Positions 22,436-34,725 are shown, counted from the first letter of the whole stretch. The stretch: DNA of 63,582 bases, filler included, from Folioceros fuciformis (GCA_049999805.1; 13 parts of 13 records of this genome joined end to end with filler, not necessarily neighbours in it); one strand, 5' to 3'. Numbers and translations are program-made. Notes: generated by a model not told the origin, from the sequence alone.

Positions 22436-24089
22436 GTCTCTATCATTTTAGTTTGTTTCCTTGTGTGCGTGTACACGTCTGTGTGCCTTTTTTCTTTTCT
22501 TTTTTTAAATTTATGTGATTCAAGTTGCATCTCTCGATTCAAGTGCTGAGCCCTTTATGCATTTGCTCCCCGAACTTGTGGTGTACGGTCACCGGGTGTT
22601 GAGTTGTTGTTGCTAGTACCGGAGCTGTTTTCTCTAACTTACGAAGCTTCATTTGCTGCAGGACTTGTTCATATTGTCAATCCATTCTGAGCAAGCTTTC
22701 GGAGGAAAGTTTTCAGGATGCCTTCAAGCCGGAGGAGGGGCAAGTGGTTCCTTACAACCATCTCCAGGCTGAAGAGGAGGTTGCCCGCGCTGCCTCCAGC
22801 AGTTCTTCTGACGTGCCTGTGTCTGCAAGCAGGAAGGTGGTGACGCTCAGTGATGATGACAAGGGAGAGGGGTCGGAGCCTCAGCTGAGCAACGGGAAAG
22901 ATGGGTCTGCCTCCAGCTCCGGCGACGTGTTGCCCGTCACGAGGAAGAGAAGAGTGGAGGAGGTCATGGATGAAAAGCCCAAGGGCTATAAACGGAGGAT
23001 GGCGAAGGAAAAGGACAGCTCTGAGGTAAAGCAGCCTTCAGCAACCAGAGAGAGCAGCAGGCAGAGTAGCGACAAGGGCGGGGAGGTTGTGAGAAGATCT
23101 CGCAGACTGTCCGCACCTTCTAAGGAGTTCGACAACGATTTGGTGGAGGTTGATATCAAGCAGGTGGAAGATGTTGCTTCGGATGAGGACGTGGATGAGG
23201 AGCTGCCTGAAGCCAAATCGGAGGNNNNNNNNNNNNNNNNNNNNNNNNNNNNNNNNNNNNNNNNNNNNTTAATTAATTAANNNNNNNNNNNNNNNNNNNN
23301 NNNNNNNNNNNNNNNNNNNNNNNNATACAATATATTATAATAGGCTAACAAAGTAATATGTTAGCAGATCTGGATTATGAAAAGTTGGAGAAAAATAAAC
23401 CAAAAATAGTTGGATTTGATATTCCTCTTTTTTTTTTTTTTTTTTGAGGTTATGGTCCTTAACGGCTAAGAAGTGAGGATATGCGGAGAATAAATATGTA
23501 GAGATAAAAGACCTAAAAATATCTATCCCGCAAAAGATAAGGAACAAAAAGTATGAAACACCTAGCAACTGTATGACCGAAGGTGGATTAAATGCGATCA
23601 CTTACATGGTGTGCCCTAGAGATTATGTTGCCGCTGAGCCTCCAGTTGAATATGTGTCAAAGAAATGGAATTCACATAATGTGGCTATGTTCGGAACCAT
23701 GTAAAGAGTTCAAAGGTCACACTAAGCACATCTACAATAAGTGTTCTTGTACATATAAAAAAAAAGGTAAAAGGGGATAATATAATTAACCTTTGTTTTT
23801 ATTTATGTAGATGCTGCTTTGGCACTTAGCAAGGATGTCGGGGAGTATTATGAAGACTATTTAGAGATTGAGGAAGAAATGGAATATGTGGCTAAGAACT
23901 AGGCTTAGTGACAAGAAACTAATCTACCCATATAGCTGCTGATTTTTATCATTGGATTTACATAGACTTGGTATTTAATATATCTAAATTTTTCATATGT
24001 TTAGTATGTAATTTCTGACTGAGGGATTTTGTAAGTAAATCAGCTAAATTATCCTGAGTTTGTATGTAATGGATATCTGTCTATTTAAT

Positions 24090-24183
24090 TTGATTGCATT
24101 ACATTATAAAAAGTACATAAGTGTTTATATAGAAGCCTAGAAGGCGATTACAACAATAAGTTGTTGTAACCATAAGTTGTTAT
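24090..24183. repeat. Dispersed repeat of about 95 bp with internal hairpin; second copy at 27977-28070
   Basis: tgattgcattacattataaaaag...agaagcctagaa...ttacaacaataagttgttgtaac in both places. Confidence 0.85.
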
Positions 24184-26429
24184 GATTATAAGTTGTTATA
24201 ATAGGGATGTTATACACGGACGGACCGTGTACCGTCGTCCTAAAGTTTGTATGAAAGAGCCCCTGATCGTATCAGTATTCCATACTCACACACTTCTAGT
24301 CACAACCTAAATTAGGAGTGTTGAAATTGAACATAGTAATACCCTAAATTATGAAAGTATGAAAACCATGTATAAATAAATAAATAAATAAATAAATTTA
24401 CTAATTTATATCAATTGTAGTTTGATGATGCCACTATATATTTGTGGATGATAATATTGAACATGAAATTAGTTTTCAAGTTAGAAAATTAATTTATGTT
24501 TAAAAATTAAGTTTATTAATGTGAATGGATTACATTGTCTACGTTTGGGATGATGTCTAGTAGTAAACATATCTCCATGTTGGTGTTTGGTCCTCTTTGT
24601 GTTGCAATGTTTACCTTCAAGAAGTGAAGAATAATTGTGTTCATCAGGAAATAAAATATCAATCATTGTCTTGAGTGCATCTTTGAAGTCTACAATTTGC
24701 ATAATTGAATTTTGATTTTCATAACTCCTTTGAATAATTTGCTATTTAATTGACCCTTAAGTGTGTGTGAACAGATACAGTCTCTAAGAAAGATTGCAAC
24801 CATTTCTTTTTGTTGTAATTTTACTTAAGCGAATATGTAATCCATGAAGCATTAAGTTAATTGTTAAAAATAACTTGCTTGTACGTGGCAATGGCATTGA
24901 GAAGCCGTAAGCCCTAGCCTAGAGAGACACTTACTGAACGTACGCATTAGCCCTAAGCGTAAAATATCTTGAGAAAAAAAGGAAAGAAAAAAAAGAGAAA
25001 AAAAGCTGCAAGCCAGGAGAGAATGATTTGGAGAGGTGAGGTTCCCGGTTTCGGGGTATCTGCTTATTGTCATATTGCGTGGGCGACGGCTGGGCCGGGG
25101 CTGGGATGTGGACCTAGGGCCGGTGTTGGCGGGATCTGCTGTCAGCTCTTGTCCCGGTGACCCCCGGAAACTTGGTCTCCTGGGAGATCCGATTACCCGC
25201 GGTCCCGCGGCCCTGGGGCAGGTCGCCGGCTCCCGGCCCGGCCGTGTGTGGAACAGCCTCCATGGCCACTTTTTGGAGCGCAGACAGGGACAAACCACTG
25301 CTTTTAGCCTCCATCATCGGCGCTGCCCGAATTAGACAAAATCCGCAATCGCGGATGCGCGTTGCGTGGTGCGCGTCGCCTTCTCATTCGCAGTACAGAG
25401 TGCGACAGTACGGCCTCGGGCTAGCTCGGCCACGCTTTCAGTTCACACAGGTCTCGGTGCTGGGGGACCGGGTTTGTGCAACAGTCGCAGCCGCCAGTGC
25501 AGTGTCAGTCCTCAATCTTCAGCCTCCGGTCCCTGCCTGCCTCCCTGTTTTTTTAATTGCATACATAATATGCATGAATGAATGAAGCGTACACTGTGTG
25601 TGTGCGTGGAACTTACCTGGAGGCTGCTGTTTTGTCAGGCAGAAGCAACGTGCCCAGACTGCCAGCCGGGCTGCGAAGGAAGACTGTGCGGCTGCGACCG
25701 CCAGCTACAGCCAGATCGAGCGCCACCATTTCCTATCAGGAAGAAGCAACTTCAATGCACTTTGCGAATTGGCTGACGTCAACAATGCGCAGTAATGTTT
25801 CTGAAACCACCCATGTGTCCGTATGTAGGTAGATTGTGGGATATGTGTGTATAAGTAGAACCCGTTCTGTTTCCCGTCAGCTAGTCAAGTCAAGTGTGCA
25901 AGAGCCTTGGGGCTTATCTATCACAACAACCAACAACAACAACAAGGGGAGATTCGTTGGTTGGAATCCCCATTTTATAACCAAATGTTGCGGCGCTGCA
26001 ACATCATTCATACACTGACTACCAATTGCTACTATCAGTCTACCTAGTCTGCCTACTACTGTTGTCTGTGCTATGCTACACGCGGCGGCCAGTGCTATTG
26101 CTACTACTACTGTAACAGAACTTGAAGCCGACAAAACTCTCATCGAAAAAAACACAAGCTCTAACGGCCGTGGTCAGAGCTCCGGTGACCAGGAGAACTA
26201 ACCGTCCCGTCCCGTCCCATCCCATCCTGCCAGAATCGCAGCAGCCGCCTGGATTGGTAAAGGGAGTTGGCCGATATGGGATCGGAGTTGTTCCAATGTG
26301 CCTTCCATACCTGCAATGCAACTGGATGCCATTGGACAGCCACACAACAGAATGTTGAATTGCTCCACCACCGGGACACAGCAGCCTGGCATCACAACGA
26401 ATTCAGATAAAGAGGACAGTTGCAACGAG

Positions 26430-26962
26430 TCAATCCCACAGGCCTTGGCCAGCATCGGCGTCGTCGCCGCCATCGTCGTCGTCGTCTTGCACGTCTGCGC
26501 GGTGATCCCAGGGGTCCAGCAGCATTGCCTGGGCCATGCCTCTCAGCACATTGTGCATATCGAAGATGAGGTCTTCGTCCACATAAGCGGGCTCGGCAGC
26601 GGGATTCTGCTCTTCTTCCGGGACCCGCTGCTCCTCCTGCCCGTGCCCCTGCTCCTGCTCCAGTCCCTGGTCCTCGGGCTGCACCTGCAGCTGGTGAGAG
26701 CTGGAGGAGGCGGAGGCCATATCCATTGCGTACTCGGACGCCGTGGCCTGGATGGACTTGGGGGACATTGAGGGAGGACGGGGGAGCAAGGGCCGGCATT
26801 CCGGGAAATTGAGCACGGCCTCGGACCCCTTGAGACTGTGCGCGGCCACGTCGTAGGCCCGCGCGGCCATCTCCGGGCTGGAGAAGGAGCCCAGCCAGAT
26901 ACGCGATTTCTTCTTGGGCTCCCGGATCTCCGACACCCATTTTCCCCAGCTACGCCTGCGCA
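26430..26962 (-). CDS. AP2/ERF transcription factor, DREB subfamily (TINY/A-4-like), 5'-truncated by gap
   Basis: [40 protein letters not shown]...LNFP; acidic tail ending in LWD. Confidence 0.93.
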
Positions 26963-27062
26963 NNNNNNNNNNNNNNNNNNNNNNNNNNNNNNNNNNNNNN
27001 NNNNNNTTAATTAATTAANNNNNNNNNNNNNNNNNNNNNNNNNNNNNNNNNNNNNNNNNNNN

Positions 27063-27145
27063 AAATATGACTAAATCCTAAGTCAAGTGACTAGGAATAA
27101 TAAAATATGACTAAATCCTAAGTCAAGTGACTAGGAATAATAAAT
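27063..27145. repeat. 40-bp direct duplication at contig start
   Basis: aaatatgactaaatcctaagtcaagtgactaggaataata twice; could be an assembly-end artefact. Confidence 0.75.
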
Positions 27146-27359
27146 TTATAGGATCATAGATCTTATACGAAATCAAGGATTAGCGGATGGAATTCAGCTT
27201 GGTATGCAGGAAAATCATATTAGCCTTAAAATTTATTAAGATACATGTGAGCCCTTTTATAGGCTTTCCACCAGATGGGGTATCCTTTTATTAAGGAAAG
27301 TGTGACAGCTAGACTAGCATAGTTTAACCACAACCAACGTAATATGCACTATCTCTAAC

Positions 27360-27925
27360 CTCATTGCATATGTCACACAACAACATGTAATGATTGTTAC
27401 AAGGGTTTCCATACTATGTACAGACAAATTCCCTCTTTGGTATGAAGGCTTGCATGTCATTTATTGGATTTAAATAAGGTAAGTGACATAGTGCACAATT
27501 TTTCGTGTTCTAAACAAGTTGTGCCATACCTTCCCTCTAACTCCAAGACTCCATTGGGCTTCATATTCGTCACCCTTAATATTATCTTGCTTGCACTTGT
27601 ATCTATTATTGTCATTGTCTTCCTTTGCAGATAGAAATAATCCCCACTTCAAACTTCCGTATTGTAGGCCTAAAATGCTCATTCCTTGCTTTTCAATATC
27701 TCAACTCATTCCCATGTTGAGCTATGAACAAATTGTTCATTGTCACAGGCAACTTCCTCTTAAGTAATTTTAGTCTAAGTTGGATTATCTTTAAACATTG
27801 ATTAGGATCATCCAACTCCACAATAACATTTACTTTATTTGCCAACATTATAGCCAATTGCGGCCTTTGTCAAAATAATAACATGTATGGTGAAAGCTTT
27901 CCCAAGGATGCGTGTCCTTGTCCTA
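27360..27925 (-). mobile_element. Degenerate Ty3/Gypsy integrase C-terminus followed by a partial PHD finger
   Basis: Manual translation across frameshifts: ASLGKLSPYMLLF*QRP...LDDP...MNNLFIAQH...RKFEVG/DYFYL...ILRV...PNGVLELEG.../NCALCHLP...FVC...MLLCDICN. Confidence 0.7.
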
Positions 27926-29531
27926 TAATGATGAGAATCACGCACGAACGTACTTGCCAAAAGAGCTTTTAGAGAATTGATTGCATTACATTATAAAAAG
28001 TTCATAAGTGTTTATATAGAAGCCTAGAAACGGTTACAACAATAAGTTGTTGTAACAATCAGTTGTTATAACTACTAACTACTAAATACCTAAGAAAACT
28101 ACTTGTTGCCCTTGTTACTTAAACATTTAATAATTGTTAAGTAAAGGTGCCCTAGTGAATAGTCCCCTATACCTATCATATTTCATCACTCCAACTCACT
28201 GTAAACTAAGGATGAAAAAATAGAGAATTTTTCTAGCTTCAAAAAGAGATTGAGTAGGCCTAAAATTGACATCTAGTTCTTCAGTAAAATAACTTAGAAA
28301 GTGTTTTAATTTATAAATCAATTAAAATTAATTTAATATTTAAATTAATTAAATTATAGATAATAAAATACCTATTAGAAACCATTTTATTTGACCCCCG
28401 TCCAAGGGCAAGCACGGTCTGTTGGGGTCAGTTCCCCTTGCCTCCATGCTCTTTGATAAATTGTTGTCCTCCATCTCCTTTTTCCTGGAAATGCTTGTAG
28501 GTGAGGAGATAGTGACAACTACCAGAGCATCCCCTTCATGCCTCCAAGTAGGATCGTAATGAGAGGGGGAGATTTTCCTGTATTGCTGTCAAGAACCTCT
28601 ATACGGCTGTGAAGTCCAGAGTTGGAAGGGCTGGCAATTAGGAGGAAGTTATTGATGCGAACTTCTAGTGCCTAGATTCCAGGCTAGGAGGTCAAAAAAA
28701 TAGGGCGCCCACACACCAGCACACCATTCAGAATCTCTAGAACCACAGCCATGCAAGGAGAAGCCACCAAAAACGTGATTTTGTGAATAGCAAGAGAAAA
28801 ATCTGCCGCCGTAGCAGCTAGGCTGCAAGCAACCATGGCTGCCATGGCGCGGAGTGAAGGGCAAGCTATCAGGATCATCAATCTGCATACCAGACCAGAA
28901 ATTTCAACAATTCCCGCTGTAATCCAGCTTCAAATCCGCCTATAGAGAAAAAGAAAAGGGCCGCCGCTATGGGCGAGAAGGCCACGACCACCGGGACGGN
29001 NNNNNNNNNNNNNNNNNNNNNNNNNNNNNNNNNNNNNNNNNNNTTAATTAATTAANNNNNNNNNNNNNNNNNNNNNNNNNNNNNNNNNNNNNNNNNNNNC
29101 GCCCCGCCTCGCCTTTATGTCGCATTCACTCGCAGGCTTTACGGTTTACGGCAAAGCCTACGTGGGGAGCGTACCTTCGCTTAGGCTGGCCCTGTCTCTG
29201 CCTCTGGCCCTGGCCCTGCCTCTCTAGCCTGGCCTGGTGCCCTGTCCAGTCCCCGCCACAATCGAGAGCCTGCAGGCCCTCTACCCTCTCTGCCCACTGC
29301 CTCTGCCGCTTCCTGCCCACCTCCACTTCGCACGACAATGCAAGAACAAGAAGAAGAAGAAGAAGCAGCGCACACAGAGCCGGGAGAAGGAGCAGCAGCA
29401 GCGGGAGCTGCCAGCACTACCACCAGCGGCGGCAGCCCCGTCTTCCTCCCTTCTTTTCTTGTTGCTTCTCCCTCTCCCGTTGCTCCGCCGCCGCCGCCGC
29501 CGCCGCAGCTGCAGCAGCAGGATCAGCAGCA

Positions 29532-32501
29532 ATGCGGAAGCGGGGCGTGGAGCTAATGCTGCTGCCGCCGCTGCGCCGCCTGCTCCTCCTCCTCCTGCTC
29601 CTGCAATTGGGGCCCCGAGCGCGGGGGGAGGACGATGGGGACGCGCTGCTCGAGCTGCGCAGCGCCTTCTCCACCTCTGCCGAGGGGGGCGTGCTGCCCG
29701 ACTGGGACCGCGTCACAAATCCTGATTTCTGCTCCTGGACCGGGGTTAACTGCTCCGGGGGAGTCGTCACCGGCCTCTTCCTCAACGGCACTAATTTGAG
29801 CGGGGAGCTCTCGCCCGCCATCGGAAAATTGAAGTCGCTTCTCTGGCTGCATCTCGACCTCAACAACCTCACGGGCCAGATACCCGGGGAGATTGGGGAC
29901 TGCCAGAGGCTGCAGGAACTCGATCTGTCCGGCAACATGTTCACGGGGGACATTCCCTACACCATACCGCAGCTCAGGGACTTGGAGCTGCTGTCGCTCA
30001 ACGGGAATCGGCTCACCGGTGTCATCCCCACCACGCTCTCGCAGCTACCCAGCCTCAAGGTTCTGGACCTGGCGCAGAACCGCCTCACGGGGGAGATACC
30101 GTCGCTCCTCTACTGGAGCAGCGTGCTGCTCTTCCTCGGCTTGCGGGAGAACAACCTCACGGGCCAGCTGTCCCCGGACATCTGCCGCCTCTCCAGCCTC
30201 TGGTATTTCGACATCCAGAACAACAACATATCGGGGCCTATTCCGGACACCATCGGGGACTGCACCTCCTTCCAGGTGCTCGTCCTGGGGAATAATCAGC
30301 TCACCGGGCCCATTCCCGACTCCATTGGCTATCTGCAAGTCAGCACCTTGTCGCTGCAGAACAATCGCCTCACGGGCGTCATTCCGGATGTCATCGGCCT
30401 CATGCAGGCGCTCATCGTGCTGGATTTGAGCGGCAACCTGTTGGAAGGCAGCATCCCGCCGTCTCTCGGCAATTTGACCTATGCTGACAAGCTCTACTTG
30501 AATGGCAATTTCTTGACAGGTCCTATTCCGCCGGAGCTGGGGAACATGTCCAAGCTCAGCTACCTCCAGCTCAACGACAACATGCTCACGGGGGAGATCC
30601 CCTCCGAGCTCGGTAGTCTGGATGAGCTCTTCCAGCTCATACTCTCCAACAACCTCCTCACGGGGCCCCTGCCCGAAAACCTCAGCGCCTGCACCGCACT
30701 CAATTACCTGGACGTGCACCAGAATCTCCTCAACGGCACCGTCCCCCCTCAGCTCGAGAGGCTCGACAACCTCACCTTCCTCAACCTCTCCTCCAACTTC
30801 TTCTCCGGCGACATTCCCGACCAGGTCTGCAACATCATCAACTTGGATACTTGGGACTTTTCTAACAATCTCTTCACCGGTCCTATTCCTTCTCGCGTCG
30901 GCAACCTGGAGCACCTCATCACTTTCGTTCTCCGGGGGAACCAACTCACAGGTGGGATACCCAAGAGCATCGGCAGGCTCGGCCAGAGTTTGACCTTCTT
31001 GGATCTGTCCGCCAACATGCTTTCGGGCGGCTTGCCCGTCGAGCTCGGCGAGTTGCAGCAGCTGGAGACGCTTATTCTCAACAACAACACCTTCTCCGGG
31101 CCTATTCCGCCGCAGATTTTGAACGGCTACAGCCTCAAGTACCTCAATCTCTCCTACAACAATTTCTCGGGCCAAGTTCCTACGGGCATCACTGTTTTTC
31201 CTCCCGATGCCTTCTTGGGCAACCAATTTTTGTGCCGCACCTCGTCTCCCACATGTGGCTCTCTCCCCCCAGCTTACAATGGCCGATTGGGAACGTCAGG
31301 GATATGGGGGATTGCAGTGGCCGCTGCCTGTTTGCTGGCATTCTTCATCTTCTGCCTCCTCAGATGGAGTCAGCCGGAGTTCTTCCTCAAGGGCCCGCAC
31401 AAGTCTTTCCCTGCCCGCTCCTACTCTGGCCCTCCGGCGCTTGTCATCTTCCACATGGGCATGGCCATCCACTCCTACGATGAACTCATGAGGATCACGG
31501 ACAACCTGAGCGACAAGTTCTTGATAGGCAGGGGGGCTTCCAGCGCAGTCTACAAGTGCGTGCTCAAGAATGGCCAAGCCCTGGCTATCAAGAAGTTATA
31601 TGCCCATCACCCCGAGAACGTGTTGGAATTCAAGGCCGAGCTGGAAACCGTTGGCAACGTCAAGCACCGCAACCTTCTCAGCCTGCGAGGGTACATGCTC
31701 TCCCCGACAGGCAATCTCCTCTTCTATGACTACATGGAGAACGGAAGCTTGTGGGATGTGCTTCATGGGGAGTACAAATCAGCCCTGGACTGGAGCACGC
31801 GTCTCAAGATCGCAGTTGGAGCGGCTCAGGGCCTGGCCTATTTGCATCATAATTGCAGCCCTCGTATCGTCCACCGCGATGTGAAGTCCTCCAACATTCT
31901 GCTCGATTCCAACTATGATGCCCGCCTCGCGGACTTTGGCATTGCCAAGAGTGTGGCCATGTCCAAGTCTTTCACCTCCACTTATGTCATCGGCACCATA
32001 GGCTACATCGATCCGGAATATGCTCAGACTTCTAGGCTGAATGAGAAGTCGGATGTGTACAGTTTCGGCATCGTGCTTCTAGAGCTGCTCACGGGCAGGA
32101 AAGCGGTGGATGATGCTGACAACCTACTTCAATTTGTCATGTCCAAGGTCAGGGATAATACCATTTTGGAGTTCCTGGATGAGCAAGTCCGATCCACCTG
32201 TGCCGATATGGCTCTGCCCGAAAGAGCGCTCAAGCTTGCCCTGCTGTGCACCAAGGAGAGCCCCAGCCTGCGGCCCAACATGTATGATGTGGCACAGGTT
32301 CTGCTCTCCCTGTTCGAGGTCTCTCTGCCCAAGCCCGTTGCTCCTGCCCATGGCCAGTCCCCATCCAGCCCTGGGCAACGCCGGTATCTGGATGACTACG
32401 TCGACACCAAGCACCGAAAGGACAGTTCAGAGAGCAGCTCCTCAGATGGCGCTCATCTCCTCTTCAAATTTGGAGAAGTCATCTCTCAGAACACGTCGTA
32501 G
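29532..32501 (+). CDS. ERECTA: ERECTA-family LRR receptor-like kinase (LRR-XIIIb), single exon, 989 aa
   Basis: Signal peptide, about 20 LRRs including LQVSTLSLQNNRLTG.IP.VIGLMQAL.VLDLS and LGNLTY.DKLYL; juxtamembrane GPP.LVI.HM.MAIH.Y.ELMR.TDNLS; GRGASS.VYKC.LKN, HRDVKSSN, DFG, GTIGYIDPEYA; C-terminal LFKFGEVISQNT. Confidence 0.95.
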   Translation: MRKRGVELMLLPPLRRLLLLLLLLQLGPRARGEDDGDALLELRSAFSTSAEGGVLPDWDRVTNPDFCSWTGVNCSGGVVTGLFLNGTNLSGELSPAIGKLKSLLWLHLDLNNLTGQIPGEIGDCQRLQELDLSGNMFTGDIPYTIPQLRDLELLSLNGNRLTGVIPTTLSQLPSLKVLDLAQNRLTGEIPSLLYWSSVLLFLGLRENNLTGQLSPDICRLSSLWYFDIQNNNISGPIPDTIGDCTSFQVLVLGNNQLTGPIPDSIGYLQVSTLSLQNNRLTGVIPDVIGLMQALIVLDLSGNLLEGSIPPSLGNLTYADKLYLNGNFLTGPIPPELGNMSKLSYLQLNDNMLTGEIPSELGSLDELFQLILSNNLLTGPLPENLSACTALNYLDVHQNLLNGTVPPQLERLDNLTFLNLSSNFFSGDIPDQVCNIINLDTWDFSNNLFTGPIPSRVGNLEHLITFVLRGNQLTGGIPKSIGRLGQSLTFLDLSANMLSGGLPVELGELQQLETLILNNNTFSGPIPPQILNGYSLKYLNLSYNNFSGQVPTGITVFPPDAFLGNQFLCRTSSPTCGSLPPAYNGRLGTSGIWGIAVAAACLLAFFIFCLLRWSQPEFFLKGPHKSFPARSYSGPPALVIFHMGMAIHSYDELMRITDNLSDKFLIGRGASSAVYKCVLKNGQALAIKKLYAHHPENVLEFKAELETVGNVKHRNLLSLRGYMLSPTGNLLFYDYMENGSLWDVLHGEYKSALDWSTRLKIAVGAAQGLAYLHHNCSPRIVHRDVKSSNILLDSNYDARLADFGIAKSVAMSKSFTSTYVIGTIGYIDPEYAQTSRLNEKSDVYSFGIVLLELLTGRKAVDDADNLLQFVMSKVRDNTILEFLDEQVRSTCADMALPERALKLALLCTKESPSLRPNMYDVAQVLLSLFEVSLPKPVAPAHGQSPSSPGQRRYLDDYVDTKHRKDSSESSSSDGAHLLFKFGEVISQNTS

Positions 32502-34725
32502 GGCTCCAGCTTCTGATTTTTGTATCTTGTTCCTCGGTCCAAACAGCAGGCTTGTCGACTTTTTGCCACCACGTTTGTATACATAAATGCCCACTAAAAT
32601 CTTCTGAATTCTGCTTCTGGTTTAGTACTGCAGGTCTCTAGTTCATCTAGGTAGTAAGTGAAACAGCAGGAAGTTCCAATCAAGCTAGTTGAGGGACGTA
32701 CCAGGAGAGGCGCTTTCTGTAGTTTGGACATCCACCTCCTAAGCTTCGTCAACAGAGTTCCGGCACCTCATCGTCGCGCCTTGTTTGAAGCGAAAACCTG
32801 TGTAACATTCGTCTTCCAATTAACATAACTGTGTAATGTACTTGCCATTGTGGCCCGAAGTTTGAGCCGATTTCGACTTCCAGAAGTGGCCTGCTAAGGC
32901 CTACTTTCGCCTTTCACCCATTCAACGAACTCTAGTGTCACGCTCGCACGTTTTCACTATATGCATGAAGATCGCCTCGTCCTGTCCCTTCGTTTGCATC
33001 TTCTCGCGCTTTGCGTGTGCGTGAAGTGTGAGACGTAGACATGTCGTTCTTACTTCCTCCTATTAAAGCACAGTTTGGCACCGACTTTTGAACGGGCGAT
33101 GTCAGGGCTTCATCCACTAGAAGCGCCCGGACCCACACCCTCTCTGGTCGATCAGAGTTTCATTGTAGCCCGAAAGATAAGTCCTGGCCGTTCCGATGGC
33201 TGATGCTATTCGTTGCCTCTGCAAACACAGCTATTTCTGGGGGTTTGATTAGTGAGGGTATTCCTGACGTCTGAACATCCTCCAACGTCTGGAGAACTAC
33301 CTATTCCTGAGGTCTGAGTCGAGCAGCTATTCCTGGCGTCCGTTGATATTACTGCCTCGGGAAGAGACGGTGGTCACTCCTTTCGGTCATGCTTTTCAGT
33401 CTTGGATGCTCGAGTACACTTGGGAGTCACTCATTCTACGGCTTTTCTTCTGATCCACACACTCGGCGCATGGACGCCCATGGGATTAGGTTTTGCGGTC
33501 AGGATATCGAGGGAAGAGCAGGTGGGCCTCCACACACGCTCTGCCACATTTACAAAGGCAGCTGTACTCAGCCGTGTCGTACCAGTACGTTTGGGTGCCG
33601 AGGCTCCCCATCATCACACTTTCTATTGAGATGGTAAAAACATAAGGTTGCCACAACGACGCAGGCGATCTGTCGCAAACTTCCTCTATCCCAAGCTAGA
33701 GATGGACGAAGCGCGTTCGGTCTTAAACCGTCTGCAAACCTAGCAAAAGCCCAAACTTGGCCCTAGCCAATCTTCTCTCTTCATGTCGAAAACTTCCGCT
33801 TCAACGAGCTGGCTGGCCGCCCACACAAAAGAGCCCCAATAGAACTCCAAAAAGCCAGAGAGAAGAAATGCCTGTCCACCGAAGGCTGGAAACAAGGCTA
33901 CATGAACCTTGCAAAAAAAGCCTGGTGATCACAAAAGAAACAGCCACAAAAGGAGGCACAGTGCTGATTTCCTCGTGCTGCATGCACTGGCATGGGCCAA
34001 GCTTAGACTCACAGCTAAAAACTCCACGGAACGACCCCCAACAGCTACTGCAAAAGAGGGAACCAGAAACCTGGCAAACACTCTTGAAAAAGAGGGAACA
34101 CCGACCCGCTGGATGACAGACTGACACTCGAGACCGACAAATAACCTTCACTGGGTGACAACACTAGGTGCACAGGAGAAAAAAAACCTAGACACACACC
34201 AGCCCTCATACTCTGCAATCTCCAAACCTCCACTGTAGAGAAGGTGAAAAACAAAGAATGCCCGAGATGCGTACACTACACTTAACTGCGCTGACACCAC
34301 CACACAAGACAGACTACTCGACTATACATAGTGCTGAGATAAGACAAGAGACAGCGGCATCAGACTGCATTATTTCAGCACGGTGGAGGGAGGAACCTGG
34401 AAAACCTGCACGACTCAAACCTCATCAGTGGGCTACATCCATCCACAGACAAGAAATCCTTGGTGTGACATGGACGACCTGCTCCACAGCAGCAGATCAC
34501 ACCCCCGGTACACACACAGAAAGACTCTTCTCCATACCCAAAGAAGAACGACATAAACCTTCCATGCACCAAGATTTCATCGCTTGACACCTGGAAGTGC
34601 ATTTGCAGAGTGCACCCGATCAAAAACATCTCCATAAATCCCTCGCAGTGGCAGGCTTCTCTTCTTCGAAGAGATGCCGTGCCAAACCACACACAAGGTC
34701 CAAGGGTATGCCGAGAGTCTTCACA

